Shown here in pieces: positions 16,438 through 26,817 of a stretch of 64,000 bases of DNA. Source of the stretch: an uncultured Gemmatimonadales bacterium (GTDB lineage: Bacteria > Gemmatimonadota > Gemmatimonadetes > Longimicrobiales > RSA9). Every line of letters begins with the position of its first letter. Position 1 is the stretch's first letter. The notes beneath the pieces are model-generated. The model did no database searches. It had not been told where the DNA came from and saw only the letters and a program-made list of their open reading frames with translations. A program made the position numbers and the translations under genes. Location: assembly GCA_963783305.1 (NCBI GenBank), contig CAWAMW010000015.1:64001-128000 (forward strand), given 5' to 3'.

Positions 16438-19146
16438 ATGGACAGGCATCGCGCCATGAAGCGCCTCCTCCCGGTGGGGATCGGACCGCTGAGACTCGGG
16501 GCCGCTGAGCGGTTCGCGCTTCGCGTTGCTCTGCTTTTCGGCGTGTTCGGGGTGGCCTGGATATTCCTGTCCGACCATCTGGTCAATGCTCGCCTGGTTC
16601 CGCTGGACGCCGCCGCGGTCCAGACCTTCAAGGGCCTCCTGTTCGTGGCGCTCTCCGCGTCCCTGATCTTCGCCGTCTCCCGGCACGGCTATCGGAGCCT
16701 CGCGTTCGTGGCACAGCGGCTCGCGGACGTACAGCGCCTGTCCCACACCGGGGACTGGTCCCTGGACACCGGGACGGGCGAGATCCGCGCCTCCGACGAG
16801 CTCCACCGCATCTACGGCCGCGAGCCGCAGGACGGTCCGCTCTCCAGTGAGGTGATGCACGACGCGATTCACGCCGAGGACAGGGAGTGGGTCGTGGAGA
16901 CGATTAGCGCTGGTATGGCCAGCGTCAGCGAGTACGAGGTGGAGCACCGGATCGTCCGACCGGATGGCAGTGTTCGATTCGTGCATTCGCGCGGGGAACC
17001 CTGGTGGCGTGCCGACGGCTCGGTGGGCGGTATCTGCGGAACCGTGCACGACATCACGGTACGGCACGAAGCGGAAGCGGCTCTGCGCCGGAGGGTCGAA
17101 ATCGAGGGAGCGCTGGCGCGAATCTCGTCGGTGCTGGCGTCGGGAGCCGCGGACGCCCTGGACCAGACCCTTCAGGTGATTGGCCCCCTGCTCGCCACCA
17201 GTCGCGCCGGGATCTACCTGTTCAGCGACGATCGGCGATCCCTGGCCGCGGCGCACGAATGGTGCGCTCCGGGAGTGGCTTCCCTTCGGTCGAGGCTCCA
17301 GGGCGTGCCCGTGGAGAGGCTTCCGTGGTGGCTGGGCCAGGTCAACGCCGGCGATGCCATCCGCTACGCCGATGTGGACGAGCTGCCGGACTCCGCCCAG
17401 AAGGAGAAGGCCTTTTTCGTGGCCCACGGGGTCCGCAGTGTGGTCGCGCTGCCGCTCGAGGGGCGCGATCCCGTCTCCGGTTTTCTGGGCCTTCACAGCC
17501 ACGCGCCCCGGCGGTGGACCGATCCGGAAATCGAGTTGCTGAGGCTGGTGGCGCGTACGGTCGCCACGGAGCTCGAACGGCGGCGAGCGGAGGAGCGCTT
17601 GCGGTTCCTTTCCAGGGCCGTGGAGCAGAGCCCTGCCTCCATCATGATCACCGACCTCACCGGCGCCATCGTCTACGTCAACCCGAAGTTCTGTGCGGTC
17701 ACGGGCTACCGCTCGGACGAGGTGCTGGGCAGGAACCCGCGCCTCCTCCAGTCCGGCGTCCACCCGCCCTCATTCTACGAGGAGCTGTGGCGCACCATTA
17801 CCGCCGGGCAGGAGTGGCGGGGCGAGCTGCGGAACCGGCGGAAGAGCGGCGAGACCTTCCTCGAGGTCGTGGCGATCTCACCGGTGGTGGGCATGGACGG
17901 CGAGGTGACCCACTTCGTGGCGGTGAAGGAGGACGTGACGGAGAGCCGTGTGCTCCAGAAGAAGTTCGAGGAATCGCAGAAGATGGAAGCGGTGGGACGG
18001 CTTGCGGGAGGGATCGCCCACGACTTCAACAATGTCCTCACGGCCATTGGCGGGCACGCGCGCCTGATGCTCGACGAGGTCACTCCGACCCACCCGCTGC
18101 GCGACGATGTGGAGGAGATCGTCTCGGCGTCCGACCGGGCCGCTGGTGTGATCCGTCAGCTTCTACTCTTCAGCCGCCGCGCCAGCAGCAACCCGACTGT
18201 GGTGGACCTGAAGCATGCGGTGGACGGCATACGCCGGATGCTGAAGCGTCTGCTGGGCGAGGACGTGCGGCTGCTGGTGGAGGCGGTCGGGGAAGCGAGC
18301 GCGGTCCGCGCCGACCGGTCGCAGATCGACCAGATCCTGATGAACCTGGTGATCAACGCCAGGGATGCCATGCCCGCCGGCGGCACGCTGCAGATCCAGC
18401 TGGAGCGGGTGGAGCTTCGTCCCGAAGACGTCGAGGAGCGGGAGGCGCTGCGACCCGGCCCGCACGTCCGGCTCAGCGTCGCCGACACCGGGACCGGGAT
18501 TGAGCCGGAAGTGCAGGAGCACCTGTTCGAGCCGTTCTTCACCACGAAGGATCCGGGCAAGGGGACGGGTCTCGGTCTGGCGACGGTCTTCGGGATGGTC
18601 CGGGAGAACGACGGCCACATCGAGGTGCAGAGTGATCTCGGTCGGGGCAGCACGTTCACCATCTACTTTCCCGAGGTCCCGCTCCTGAGCACTGGTCCGG
18701 TGACGGGGCCACCGGGAGAGGCCGGCGCGCCCGGCGGAAGCGAGCCGGAATCGACCGACCGAGCCCCCGTGGTTCTCGTGGCGGAGGACGAATCGGCCGT
18801 TCGCGCGCTGGTGCGGCGCGTGCTCATTCGTCAGGGATACGAGGTTCTCGAGGCATGCGATGGCGCGGAGGCCGAGTACGTCTCCGACACCTATAACGGT
18901 CGGATCGACCTGCTCCTGACCGATACCGTCATGCCCGGGTTGCGGGGCCCGGAGGTGGCTCGGCGGCTGAACATGAGCCGACCCGAGCTCAGCATCCTCT
19001 TCATGAGCGGCTACACCTTCGACGAAGCGACCGTCCACACCATTCCGGACGGTGCCCCATTCCTCGCCAAGCCGTTCACGCCCGAAGCGCTGCACCGTGC
19101 GGTACAGGATGCGCTCGTAGCGGGAAAGACCTCGTCCAGCGGCTGA
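16438..19146 (+). CDS. Membrane-bound hybrid sensor histidine kinase (TM-PAS-GAF-PAS-HisKA-HATPase-REC)
   Basis: SQKMEAVGRLAGGIAHDFNN H-box; MNLVINARDAM; DTGTG, FEPFFTTK and GTGLGLA boxes; receiver LVAEDE...LLTD..MP...KPF. Confidence 0.93.
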   Translation: MDRHRAMKRLLPVGIGPLRLGAAERFALRVALLFGVFGVAWIFLSDHLVNARLVPLDAAAVQTFKGLLFVALSASLIFAVSRHGYRSLAFVAQRLADVQRLSHTGDWSLDTGTGEIRASDELHRIYGREPQDGPLSSEVMHDAIHAEDREWVVETISAGMASVSEYEVEHRIVRPDGSVRFVHSRGEPWWRADGSVGGICGTVHDITVRHEAEAALRRRVEIEGALARISSVLASGAADALDQTLQVIGPLLATSRAGIYLFSDDRRSLAAAHEWCAPGVASLRSRLQGVPVERLPWWLGQVNAGDAIRYADVDELPDSAQKEKAFFVAHGVRSVVALPLEGRDPVSGFLGLHSHAPRRWTDPEIELLRLVARTVATELERRRAEERLRFLSRAVEQSPASIMITDLTGAIVYVNPKFCAVTGYRSDEVLGRNPRLLQSGVHPPSFYEELWRTITAGQEWRGELRNRRKSGETFLEVVAISPVVGMDGEVTHFVAVKEDVTESRVLQKKFEESQKMEAVGRLAGGIAHDFNNVLTAIGGHARLMLDEVTPTHPLRDDVEEIVSASDRAAGVIRQLLLFSRRASSNPTVVDLKHAVDGIRRMLKRLLGEDVRLLVEAVGEASAVRADRSQIDQILMNLVINARDAMPAGGTLQIQLERVELRPEDVEEREALRPGPHVRLSVADTGTGIEPEVQEHLFEPFFTTKDPGKGTGLGLATVFGMVRENDGHIEVQSDLGRGSTFTIYFPEVPLLSTGPVTGPPGEAGAPGGSEPESTDRAPVVLVAEDESAVRALVRRVLIRQGYEVLEACDGAEAEYVSDTYNGRIDLLLTDTVMPGLRGPEVARRLNMSRPELSILFMSGYTFDEATVHTIPDGAPFLAKPFTPEALHRAVQDALVAGKTSSSG

Positions 19147-19152
19147 GCCCGT

Positions 19153-21018
19153 TCAGGGCAGCTCGGGCTCTACGTCCAGACCGCCGTCCGCCGCCCCCAT
19201 CGCCGCCCCCATCGCCGCCGCCATGTACACAAGGTTGGCGCTGCCATCCATGATCGGCTCGTTGGTGGAGTAGTCGCCGAAGTCGTCGTGGTAGACGATA
19301 GGGCCGGTATTGAGGGCCTCGTAGCGGTCGGGCCGGTAGAGTTGGATGTACATGAGGTTCTCGTAGATCGACCGATAGACGGGGCCGTCGACGAGGCCGC
19401 CGAGCTGAGTGGCCGGCCCCATCTCCCGAGCGATCACCGAATGCGGGTCGTCGGTGCTGTTCCCGTTGCCCGGGTAGCCGATGACCATGGATGCGCCCCA
19501 CGGATTCGCCCCGAAGATCCAGTCGATCGCGGCCTGCTCATACGTCCGGAACGTGGTGTCACCGGTCATCCGCCGGTACAGGTAGGCCTGTGTGGCGAAA
19601 GAAGCCATCAGGTCGTTGGAGCACCAGATGAACGGAATGCCGATCCGAAAGCCGTTGTCGGCCCGCTCCGCCACCCGCTCCAGACCCTCGCGGTAGAAGT
19701 CGGACATGAGGCGCCGCACCTCCGGATCGCCCTCTCTCCACACCTGGTAGTGGCCGTAATTGTGCCAAGGGTACCACTGGTAGTGCCGCGCCGTGTCCTG
19801 CCCCATCCAGGGGGTGACGGGCTCCTCGCGGGCGTACTCCACGGCCTCCCGCAGATAGCGCTCCTCGCCGGTCAGGTCGTGGAGCTGAGCGGCCGCAAGC
19901 TCCATGTCATCGACCCAATTGTCCTCCTCATAGAAATACGGAGCGCGAGCCGGGGCGGTCTGGCACACGCCCGGGTGGCGCCGACCCAGCTCGTAGGCGG
20001 AGAGCGCCCGGGAGCGCAGCGTGTCCGCGAGCGTCGGGTCCCGATCGGCGATGAGGACGGCGCCGAGAGCCATGGCCGATGTGAATTTGCCGGCCGTGGA
20101 CGCGAGCCCATCCGAGCGGTTCTGGTGCTCGAAGAGGCCCTGCGGCCGGCCGGTGCACGGGTACACGGGCCGGTACCCGCCCTTGCCCCAGCCGTAATCG
20201 GCGGAGTCGGTGGTGGGTAGAGACCAGGTGAGGTGGTCTCGGTCGTCGGCGATCTGGTTCAGCAGAAGGTCAGGCTCGGGATGCATGGCCACCAGCCACT
20301 CCAGTCCGTGGCGGGCCTCGTCCAGCACGTCCGGAATCCCGTTCGAGCCTGGCGTTCCATCCGCACGGTGGAGGTCACCGAACGCGTCGGGGTGATCGCG
20401 GTAGGCGGCGAGAAGCGAATAGGTGGCGGTGGCGGAGGTGGCAACGTACTGGAGGTAGTCGGCGGCGTCGTGCCAGCCGCCCGCGACCGGAATGAACTCC
20501 CCCGCCCTGGGATGATCCACGAGGATCCCGTCGGTCCGGTGGTGGACGGAATCCATGAAGAGCGGGTTGTATCCCGACCGCTGCTGCCGCATGTACATGA
20601 GGAGCGTATCGGCCGCGCCGGCGTACGCGTCCGCCGCGACCCGGACCCGCCGGGAGGTCACACCACCCGCGGACAGCCGGTAGGTTCCCGGGCGTCGCAG
20701 CGACGAGAAGTCCAGCCGATGGGTCACGGCGCAGGGGCCGAACCCCGGCGCCCGCTCCGCGGGACCCTCGAGTGCCACGCTCCCGTCCTCGTCGACAACC
20801 GAGAACGAGTCGACCTCCTCCTCCTCGATCGAGCAGACCACGGCCACCTTCGGACCGTCCGGGAGGTAGCCGACCTGGTTGACCCTGATGAAGCTCGTTA
20901 CGGCCGTATGGGCGCCCGCGTCAACGGGAGCCGCGGTCGCGGGATCCGCCGGTGGTGCGCACGCGCTCATGGCCAGGAGCGCCATGAGGCAGGTGCGTGA
21001 GACAGAGCGCTGCTTCAC
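19153..21018 (-). CDS. Glycoside hydrolase family 9 lipoprotein with N-terminal Ig-like (CelD_N) domain
   Basis: Lipobox MSAC; IRVNQVGYLP; GGWHDAADY; DWIFGANPWG.S; YHDDFGDYSTNE. GTGA overlap with the upstream gene. Confidence 0.88.
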   Translation of the reverse strand: MKQRSVSRTCLMALLAMSACAPPADPATAAPVDAGAHTAVTSFIRVNQVGYLPDGPKVAVVCSIEEEEVDSFSVVDEDGSVALEGPAERAPGFGPCAVTHRLDFSSLRRPGTYRLSAGGVTSRRVRVAADAYAGAADTLLMYMRQQRSGYNPLFMDSVHHRTDGILVDHPRAGEFIPVAGGWHDAADYLQYVATSATATYSLLAAYRDHPDAFGDLHRADGTPGSNGIPDVLDEARHGLEWLVAMHPEPDLLLNQIADDRDHLTWSLPTTDSADYGWGKGGYRPVYPCTGRPQGLFEHQNRSDGLASTAGKFTSAMALGAVLIADRDPTLADTLRSRALSAYELGRRHPGVCQTAPARAPYFYEEDNWVDDMELAAAQLHDLTGEERYLREAVEYAREEPVTPWMGQDTARHYQWYPWHNYGHYQVWREGDPEVRRLMSDFYREGLERVAERADNGFRIGIPFIWCSNDLMASFATQAYLYRRMTGDTTFRTYEQAAIDWIFGANPWGASMVIGYPGNGNSTDDPHSVIAREMGPATQLGGLVDGPVYRSIYENLMYIQLYRPDRYEALNTGPIVYHDDFGDYSTNEPIMDGSANLVYMAAAMGAAMGAADGGLDVEPELP

Positions 21019-21887
21019 TCCGGTCGGGCCTTCCGCATCAGCTCGCGGGTCTCACGCTCCAGCAGGCTCGGGTAGGTGTATTCCAGGTCCCGGCCGACCA
21101 TGCGGGCGGCGTGGCTGAACAGGTCGGCCATGGCGTCCAGCGCGTCGGCGTGGCTGCGGAGGGTCTGGCTGGCATAGGTGGTATCGAGTGCCTCGCGTTG
21201 GTCCGGCTCCAGGAGCCAGCGCAGCCCGCTGCCCCGCACACCCACGCTCTGCTCCCACTGTCGGTTCACCTGGACGTACCACTCCAGCATGGGGAGCAGG
21301 CAGCGGTAGCGGAGGACGGTCTCGAGACTGTAGCGCGCGGGCAGAAGCTCACCGCGGCCGACCCACTTGGCCACGTACAGCGATTCCCACCAGAACTCTT
21401 CCACCACCGCCCGGTACTCCGCTTCACTGGGTGGGCGCGGCACGTAGGCGGCGGCTGAAGGGGGGCGGAGCCGCTCGGCGATCCCGTCGCGGTCGAGCAG
21501 CACCCGGTAGCCGGCGGCGAGCCAGTCGGGCAGGCTTTCCTGCTCGGCGATCCGGCGGAGTAGCTCGATCCGGGACAGGGTGAAATCGATCCGATGACCG
21601 CCTCGGTACTGGACCAGACGCACCGGCACCGGCTCGCCACGGTGCTCACCGGTCTCCCGGAAAATGAGGAGCGGCCGACCGAATGCCTCGAGCCAGTCAT
21701 CCCGTTCGGGGAGGCGGCTCCCCTGCTCCAGGAAGAGGACGAAATCGTGATCGGAGAGCCCGTCCCGCGCCCCCTGCGGCGACCCCCTCGATCCCACCAG
21801 CAGGGCCGCGCGCACGTCCAGCGCGCCGGCGGCCCACTCCACGACCTTCGCCTCGACCGCGTCGAGGGATGATTCCTCGTGTTTCAT
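21015..21887 (-). CDS. Aminoglycoside 6-adenylyltransferase-like (AadK/ANT(6) family) nucleotidyltransferase
   Basis: VRAALLVGSRG...DGLSDHD, RIDFTL, YRVLLDRDG, PSEAEY...EFWW...YVAK...RGE, MLEW and YTYP motifs match the ANT(6) pattern. Confidence 0.8.
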   Translation of the reverse strand: MKHEESSLDAVEAKVVEWAAGALDVRAALLVGSRGSPQGARDGLSDHDFVLFLEQGSRLPERDDWLEAFGRPLLIFRETGEHRGEPVPVRLVQYRGGHRIDFTLSRIELLRRIAEQESLPDWLAAGYRVLLDRDGIAERLRPPSAAAYVPRPPSEAEYRAVVEEFWWESLYVAKWVGRGELLPARYSLETVLRYRCLLPMLEWYVQVNRQWEQSVGVRGSGLRWLLEPDQREALDTTYASQTLRSHADALDAMADLFSHAARMVGRDLEYTYPSLLERETRELMRKARPE

Positions 21888-21959
21888 GGCTGCACTCCCT
21901 GGGCAATGGCCATCGCACCGGCCAACATAGCCGGTCGATGGGGGCCGGTCACGGGCACA

Positions 21960-24209
21960 CTACCGCCGGCCCGGCCGGTACTCGCGGATGGTGGCGGACC
22001 GGACCTCCTCCGGGGTGAACGCCACGGGCTTCATGTGGTTCTCCGTGAAGAGTCGAAGCTGATCGTTGAAGTGCGGCGAGTCCGCGCGGTTGCTCTGCCC
22101 GTAGGCAAGGACGGAGTACGCCCGCGGGACCTCGCCGAACTCCACGGCGAGCACCCAGCCATCGCCGCCGCGGACCTGGAGCCGCCGCGGATCCTCGTCG
22201 TGGTCCACGAACCAGAGGACGCGGAAACACCCCAGTGCGCCCGCACAGCCGCCCACCGGGAGGTCCAGCTCGCCGATCCGGGCGCGGTGCACCGCGCCCC
22301 AGGGGAGGTCCCATCCCCCGTAGCGACGCGTCGCCTCGCTCACCGCCCACCGGAACGCCTCCACCGCGCGATCGGGGTCCGCGAGGCCGCGGGGCGTGTC
22401 CAGCGGCCGCTCCGGGGACCACGGCACCTCGAAGAGGGATCCCGCCGTGGCGTCGAACCCGGACGACGCCGGCGACCCGGGCGCCGCCTCTCCACCTTCC
22501 ACGTAGCGCCACCACCACGTCTTGAACAGCACGCCGCCGCGGCTCTCGCGCGCCACCGTGCCGTCCCACGTGTCGATGAGGGCGATCGCGTCGGCCACCT
22601 CCCCGGCGGGAGCGGCGGCGCGGACGGCGGCCACCAGGTCATCCTTCACCCGGTCGGCGAGCAGCATCCGCATGCTGTGCTTCCGCTCCACCACGTCCTC
22701 GAGGGAGAGGATCTCCTCGGTTCCGATCAGCTGGAGCGAGAGCTGGCTCCGCAAACGCAGCCGGGGTGCGGGGTAGTGGGCGGGGAAGTCGTCGGCATCC
22801 AGGAGTGCGGCGAGGTTCGTGTAGTGGAACTCGTCGTTCTCGTTGTGCAGGTATCCGCCGGGGGGGTTCAGCAGCTGGGGAAGTGAGTCCCACGGCACGA
22901 GGCGGGTTCCGATCTCAGCCCGGCTGGTGACCGCCACCGCCGCGGTGTCCCCCCCGGACACATGGGGAAGCACCGGTATGGTGGCGTTCCAGACGTAGAA
23001 GATGTTCCCGTCCGCGTCGGCGTATGTGAAGTTCGAGGAGGTGTGGCCCCGGAGCCGCATGGCCTGCTTCCACTCGTTCAGCGAGGTGGCCTGCAGCATC
23101 CGGAGGAACTGCTCGCCGGCACGGAAGCCCCCCTCGTAGGCGGTGCTGAGGACGTGGATCATTCCGCCGCCCTGATGGATCACGGGGCCGAACGGGGTGG
23201 TGAGGAACTCCCTCGACTCGACCCCGACCTCGTCCCCGTCCCTGAACTCCACCAGGACCGTTTCGCGCTCGATGGGGCTCGAGACGCCGTCCAGGATGTA
23301 GTGGTCCGGACGGTGGGGATCGAGGGCCAGGGCGTAGATCTCGTCCAGGTCCGGGGCGTTGTTCGTGGTGCTCCAGCCCAGGTGACGATTGAACCCGCCG
23401 ATGGTACCAAAGGGCCCGCCCACCCGGAAGTCGCCGTAGAAGTCCAACGATCCCGGCACGGTCACGTGGGCCTCGTAGTAGCCGGCGCCCCAGGAGAGGT
23501 GCGGGTTGCGGACCAGGATGGCGCGCCCGGAGGTGGTACGCTCCGGCGCCAGCGCCCAGGTGTTCGATCCGGCATCCGGGTGCGGCTCGGGGGCGGCCGC
23601 GGCCAGACGCCGCCACATCTCGGTCGCGTTCGACGAGCCGTCCCCGGTCCGTTCCTGGGCCCCGCTCCGCTCCCGCTCCAACCGCTCCAGGAACCGACGC
23701 GCGCTCCGGGGGCTCGCTCCGGTGATGCTGAGCGCGTGGATGTCGCGCCCGTCGAACGTCGGTCGGACCCAGGATGGGAAGAACGACGGGTTCAGCTCGA
23801 TGTAACGGTTCACGCCGGCCGCGAACCCCTCGAGGACGTCGCGGGTGTCGGCGCTTATGAGCGGGTAGGTCTCCACCGCCCGGTCGTGGCGGCGACGGCT
23901 GAGCGCGTCCCCATCGATGGCCTCGGGGCCGGTGTACCGCGACCATTCGCCCCGGGCCCGGATCAGCCCTTCCACGACGTCCATGCCGTAGTCCTCGAGC
24001 TGCACCCAGCCCATGCCGTACCCGGCGGCCCTCAGATTCTCCGCCTCGATGTGGGGCACACCGTAGGCCGTGCGCCGAATCACCACCTGCTCGGAAAGGT
24101 CTACGGTGGCGCCCTGCGCGGGCATCTCCCGGCCGGGGGAGCCCGTCGCGCACGCGGCGGTCAGGACGGAAAGAGCAAGGGCGAGAGCCCGCACCGGGCG
24201 ATAGGACAT
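21960..24209 (-). CDS. Penicillin acylase family Ntn-hydrolase (peptidase S45), lipoprotein
   Basis: Lipobox TAAC; IRRTAYGVPHI; beta-chain start GSNTWA; NPHL.W; NFTYADADGNI; YGQS...SPHFNDQ. Confidence 0.9.
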   Translation of the reverse strand: MSYRPVRALALALSVLTAACATGSPGREMPAQGATVDLSEQVVIRRTAYGVPHIEAENLRAAGYGMGWVQLEDYGMDVVEGLIRARGEWSRYTGPEAIDGDALSRRRHDRAVETYPLISADTRDVLEGFAAGVNRYIELNPSFFPSWVRPTFDGRDIHALSITGASPRSARRFLERLERERSGAQERTGDGSSNATEMWRRLAAAAPEPHPDAGSNTWALAPERTTSGRAILVRNPHLSWGAGYYEAHVTVPGSLDFYGDFRVGGPFGTIGGFNRHLGWSTTNNAPDLDEIYALALDPHRPDHYILDGVSSPIERETVLVEFRDGDEVGVESREFLTTPFGPVIHQGGGMIHVLSTAYEGGFRAGEQFLRMLQATSLNEWKQAMRLRGHTSSNFTYADADGNIFYVWNATIPVLPHVSGGDTAAVAVTSRAEIGTRLVPWDSLPQLLNPPGGYLHNENDEFHYTNLAALLDADDFPAHYPAPRLRLRSQLSLQLIGTEEILSLEDVVERKHSMRMLLADRVKDDLVAAVRAAAPAGEVADAIALIDTWDGTVARESRGGVLFKTWWWRYVEGGEAAPGSPASSGFDATAGSLFEVPWSPERPLDTPRGLADPDRAVEAFRWAVSEATRRYGGWDLPWGAVHRARIGELDLPVGGCAGALGCFRVLWFVDHDEDPRRLQVRGGDGWVLAVEFGEVPRAYSVLAYGQSNRADSPHFNDQLRLFTENHMKPVAFTPEEVRSATIREYRPGRR

Positions 24210-24326
24210 CAAGAACTCCTCGTGGACGCTGCGTCGCGTGGGACCCGATCACTACTCGGTCCCCGCAATTGGCCGCCTCGAGGCGGCCGCGTCAACGGTG
24301 CGGCGCCGGGCCGGTGCGCCGGCCGG

Positions 24327-24779
24327 TCAGCTTTCGGTCAGCTCGTCGATGGCCGCGCGCACCGGGCCCGGGATGGAGGCCCGACGCCGGGCGCCATAGT
24401 CGTACGACACGACTACGCCCACGCCTTCCGCGACGATTTCGCCCGTTGACTGGCTCAGCACCCGATAGGTCTGGGTGAAGCGGTCGTCCGCCACCGCCGT
24501 CGTCCGGACGGCCACGGTCACGGTGTCGGGAAACTCGACGGGGCGCCGGAAACGACAGCCGGTGGAGGCGAGGATGGGGCCGACGCCGCCGGCATGGCCG
24601 CCCGCGGTGAAGCCGATCGCCTCCAGGAAAGCGATACGACCGGTCTCGAACCAGCGGAAGAAGACGGTGTTGTTCACGTGGGCGAAGGCGTCCATGTCGC
24701 CCCACGCCACGGGAATGTCTACGCGAATGGGGTACCCGGCGATCGCGTCGGTCCCCTGACGACCCTCAGGTGGCGCCAC
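24327..24779 (-). CDS. Acyl-CoA thioesterase (4HBT/YbgC-like hotdog fold)
   Basis: VAWGDMDAFAHVNNTVFFRWFETGR; PVEFPD. Confidence 0.9.
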   Translation of the reverse strand: MAPPEGRQGTDAIAGYPIRVDIPVAWGDMDAFAHVNNTVFFRWFETGRIAFLEAIGFTAGGHAGGVGPILASTGCRFRRPVEFPDTVTVAVRTTAVADDRFTQTYRVLSQSTGEIVAEGVGVVVSYDYGARRRASIPGPVRAAIDELTES

Positions 24780-25761
24780 GTCCGGACTCCCTCAGGGCCT
24801 GCGAGAGCCCCTGCCCACCCACGACGTGGCCGCCGAAGTCCAGTGTGCGGATCGGGAACGGGATGGTGATGTCGGCGCGATCGAACGCCGCCTTGATCGA
24901 CATGATGGCCTCGCTCCGCGCGCTGAGGAAATCCACCTGGCGGCTGAAGCGGATCCAGAACCGGATCTGGAAGTTGATGGAGCTGTCGCCGAACTCCTCG
25001 TAGAAGAGGTCCACGGGCTGGTTCGGATCGCGCAACTCCAGCGCTTCCAGCGCCTCGATGGCGACTCGACGGGCCTTTTCCAGGTCGTCCCCGTACGCCA
25101 CTCCCACCGCGATGTCCACCCGCCGGCGGCCGGACTGTGAGTAGTTGATCAGCGGGTTCTTGAACACCATGGCGTTCGGGATGAGCACCCGCTGCCCCTG
25201 GAAGGTGCGGATCGTCGTCGCCCGCAGCTGAACGCGCTCGACGATCCCCTCGTAATCGTTGCTCGAGACGATGTCACCCTCGGTGAACTGGTCCTGTACG
25301 TTCAGAACCACGCCGGCGATGAAGTTCTCTGCGATGTCCTGGAACGCGAAGCCCAGCGCCAATCCCAGGATCCCGGCACCGGCCAGCAGCGAGGTGACGG
25401 TGCGGTCGAGGTTCAGGGCGCCCAGCGCCAGGACCAGGCCGATGCCGATCACGACCACGTACGCCGCGCCCGCGGCCAGGCGGCTGACCTCCGGCTGGTG
25501 CGCCAGACGGTCCACCACCCGCGACACGATTCCGCGCGCGAGCCGCGCCAGCCCCCAGAAGGCGACCAGTACGAGGATCGCCGCGAGGATGTTCGGCAGG
25601 CTCTCGATCAGGCCATACGTCCAGACGGTGACCTTGTCCCACGCGTCGGTGAGCGCCGCGTTGACGTCCACCACCGCGCTGGTGGTGTCCGGGGCGGCGC
25701 CGTTCGACGAAGCTGCTTCCTGCAATCTGTACATGGGGATCGACTGGCTCCACTCGTTCAT
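24766..25761 (-). CDS. mscS: Small-conductance mechanosensitive channel (MscS family)
   Basis: Three TM segments; SLLAGAGILGLALGFAFQDIAENFIAG, IPNA, RRVDIAVGVAYGDD, FGDSSINF and ITIPFP motifs. Confidence 0.92.
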   Translation of the reverse strand: MNEWSQSIPMYRLQEAASSNGAAPDTTSAVVDVNAALTDAWDKVTVWTYGLIESLPNILAAILVLVAFWGLARLARGIVSRVVDRLAHQPEVSRLAAGAAYVVVIGIGLVLALGALNLDRTVTSLLAGAGILGLALGFAFQDIAENFIAGVVLNVQDQFTEGDIVSSNDYEGIVERVQLRATTIRTFQGQRVLIPNAMVFKNPLINYSQSGRRRVDIAVGVAYGDDLEKARRVAIEALEALELRDPNQPVDLFYEEFGDSSINFQIRFWIRFSRQVDFLSARSEAIMSIKAAFDRADITIPFPIRTLDFGGHVVGGQGLSQALRESGRGAT

Positions 25762-25970
25762 TCGGTTCGCACGCTAACCTAGAACGGTGGCCGCGGAGCC
25801 ACAAACCCGGCGACTGAAACGATTGCGCCAACCCGCTGGGGCGTCTAGTCATTCGAGGCGGGCGCCACTCCGACCCCGAACCCGACCGCCGACGCCCGAG
25901 GAGCAGCCGTGGCCATCCGGATCGTCCGCCTGGTGACAATGGCGAGGGCGAGGGGCACTGGGGAGATCAC

Positions 25971-26318
25971 ATGACGAGCCTGGCTGGAAAGCTGCAGATG
26001 ACGGAGGCGCCGATCCGCATCGTGGACGCGCCTCCGGAGTTGGATCTGGGGATCCCCACCGCGGTTGACGCCGCCGGGCTCCTTGTCTTCGTCCGGAACC
26101 GCCTGGAGCTGCTCGCCCGGCGCGGCGAGGTCCTGCAGACGGCCCGCAGCGGCCACCTTTGCTGGATCGCGTACCCCAAGGGCGGACAGCTCGGCACGGA
26201 CCTCAACCGCGACACGCTCTGGAAGGAGCTGCACAGCAAGGGGGTCCGCCCGGTCCGGCAGGTTTCCATCGACAGCATCTGGAGCGCGCTGCGGTTCCGG
26301 CCCACGCCAGACGCCTGA
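25971..26318 (+). CDS. Conserved hypothetical protein (DUF3052/YdeI N-terminal-like)
   Basis: GGGGAG RBS; LAGKL, WIAYPKG, TDLNRD..W and VRQVSID..WSALRFR motifs. Confidence 0.75.
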   Translation: MTSLAGKLQMTEAPIRIVDAPPELDLGIPTAVDAAGLLVFVRNRLELLARRGEVLQTARSGHLCWIAYPKGGQLGTDLNRDTLWKELHSKGVRPVRQVSIDSIWSALRFRPTPDA

Positions 26319-26474
26319 GCCCCCCGGCCGACGCCCGGGCCCAGCCGCGGCCGAACTGGACCGGGCCGTCGTAGCTCTCGCCGGCCTCGGGAACGGACGC
26401 GCAGCAGGCGACGCCAACCACTGTGAGCAGAAGCAGTGCGCGCATGAGCTCGGCCCGAGACCCCACGTTCGTCA

Positions 26475-26740
26475 TCATAACGTTCGAGCTCCTGACCCTG
26501 TGGGTTCAAGAGTGGCCCCTCGGGAAAACGGCTGAAGCGCAGCCGGATCCGCACCCGCGCGGCGCACCCGGGCCTGGTCGATCACGCCTTTCAGGGTGAC
26601 GCCGCCTCCAACGCCGCCGAACAGGACCGTCAGGACCAGCGCGTCACTCGCCACCGCGAAAGTGGAGCCGCCGCCGTGACCGCCACGAACAGCGATGCCA
26701 TGGCACCAATCACCGGACCTAACCGCTTCCACTCGCTCAT
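26475..26740 (-). pseudogene. Possible frameshifted small membrane protein
   Basis: ATG at 26740 after GGAG gives MSEWKRLGPVIGAMASLFVAVTAAA. A second hydrophobic stretch (FAVASDALVLTVLFGGVGGGVTLKG) continues in another frame from about 26660. Confidence 0.35.
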
Positions 26741-26817
26741 GATCGCTCCGGATTAGGGGGCTGACCCGGTTCCCGGCCCGGGGTCACGGAAACATGTCCC
26801 CGGGGCGGCCCGACCTG

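Noticed and set aside
19186..19224. 12-bp duplication in the GH9 C-terminus (AMGA AMGA)
   Set aside because: It is a short in-frame slippage after the catalytic region, with no evident significance.
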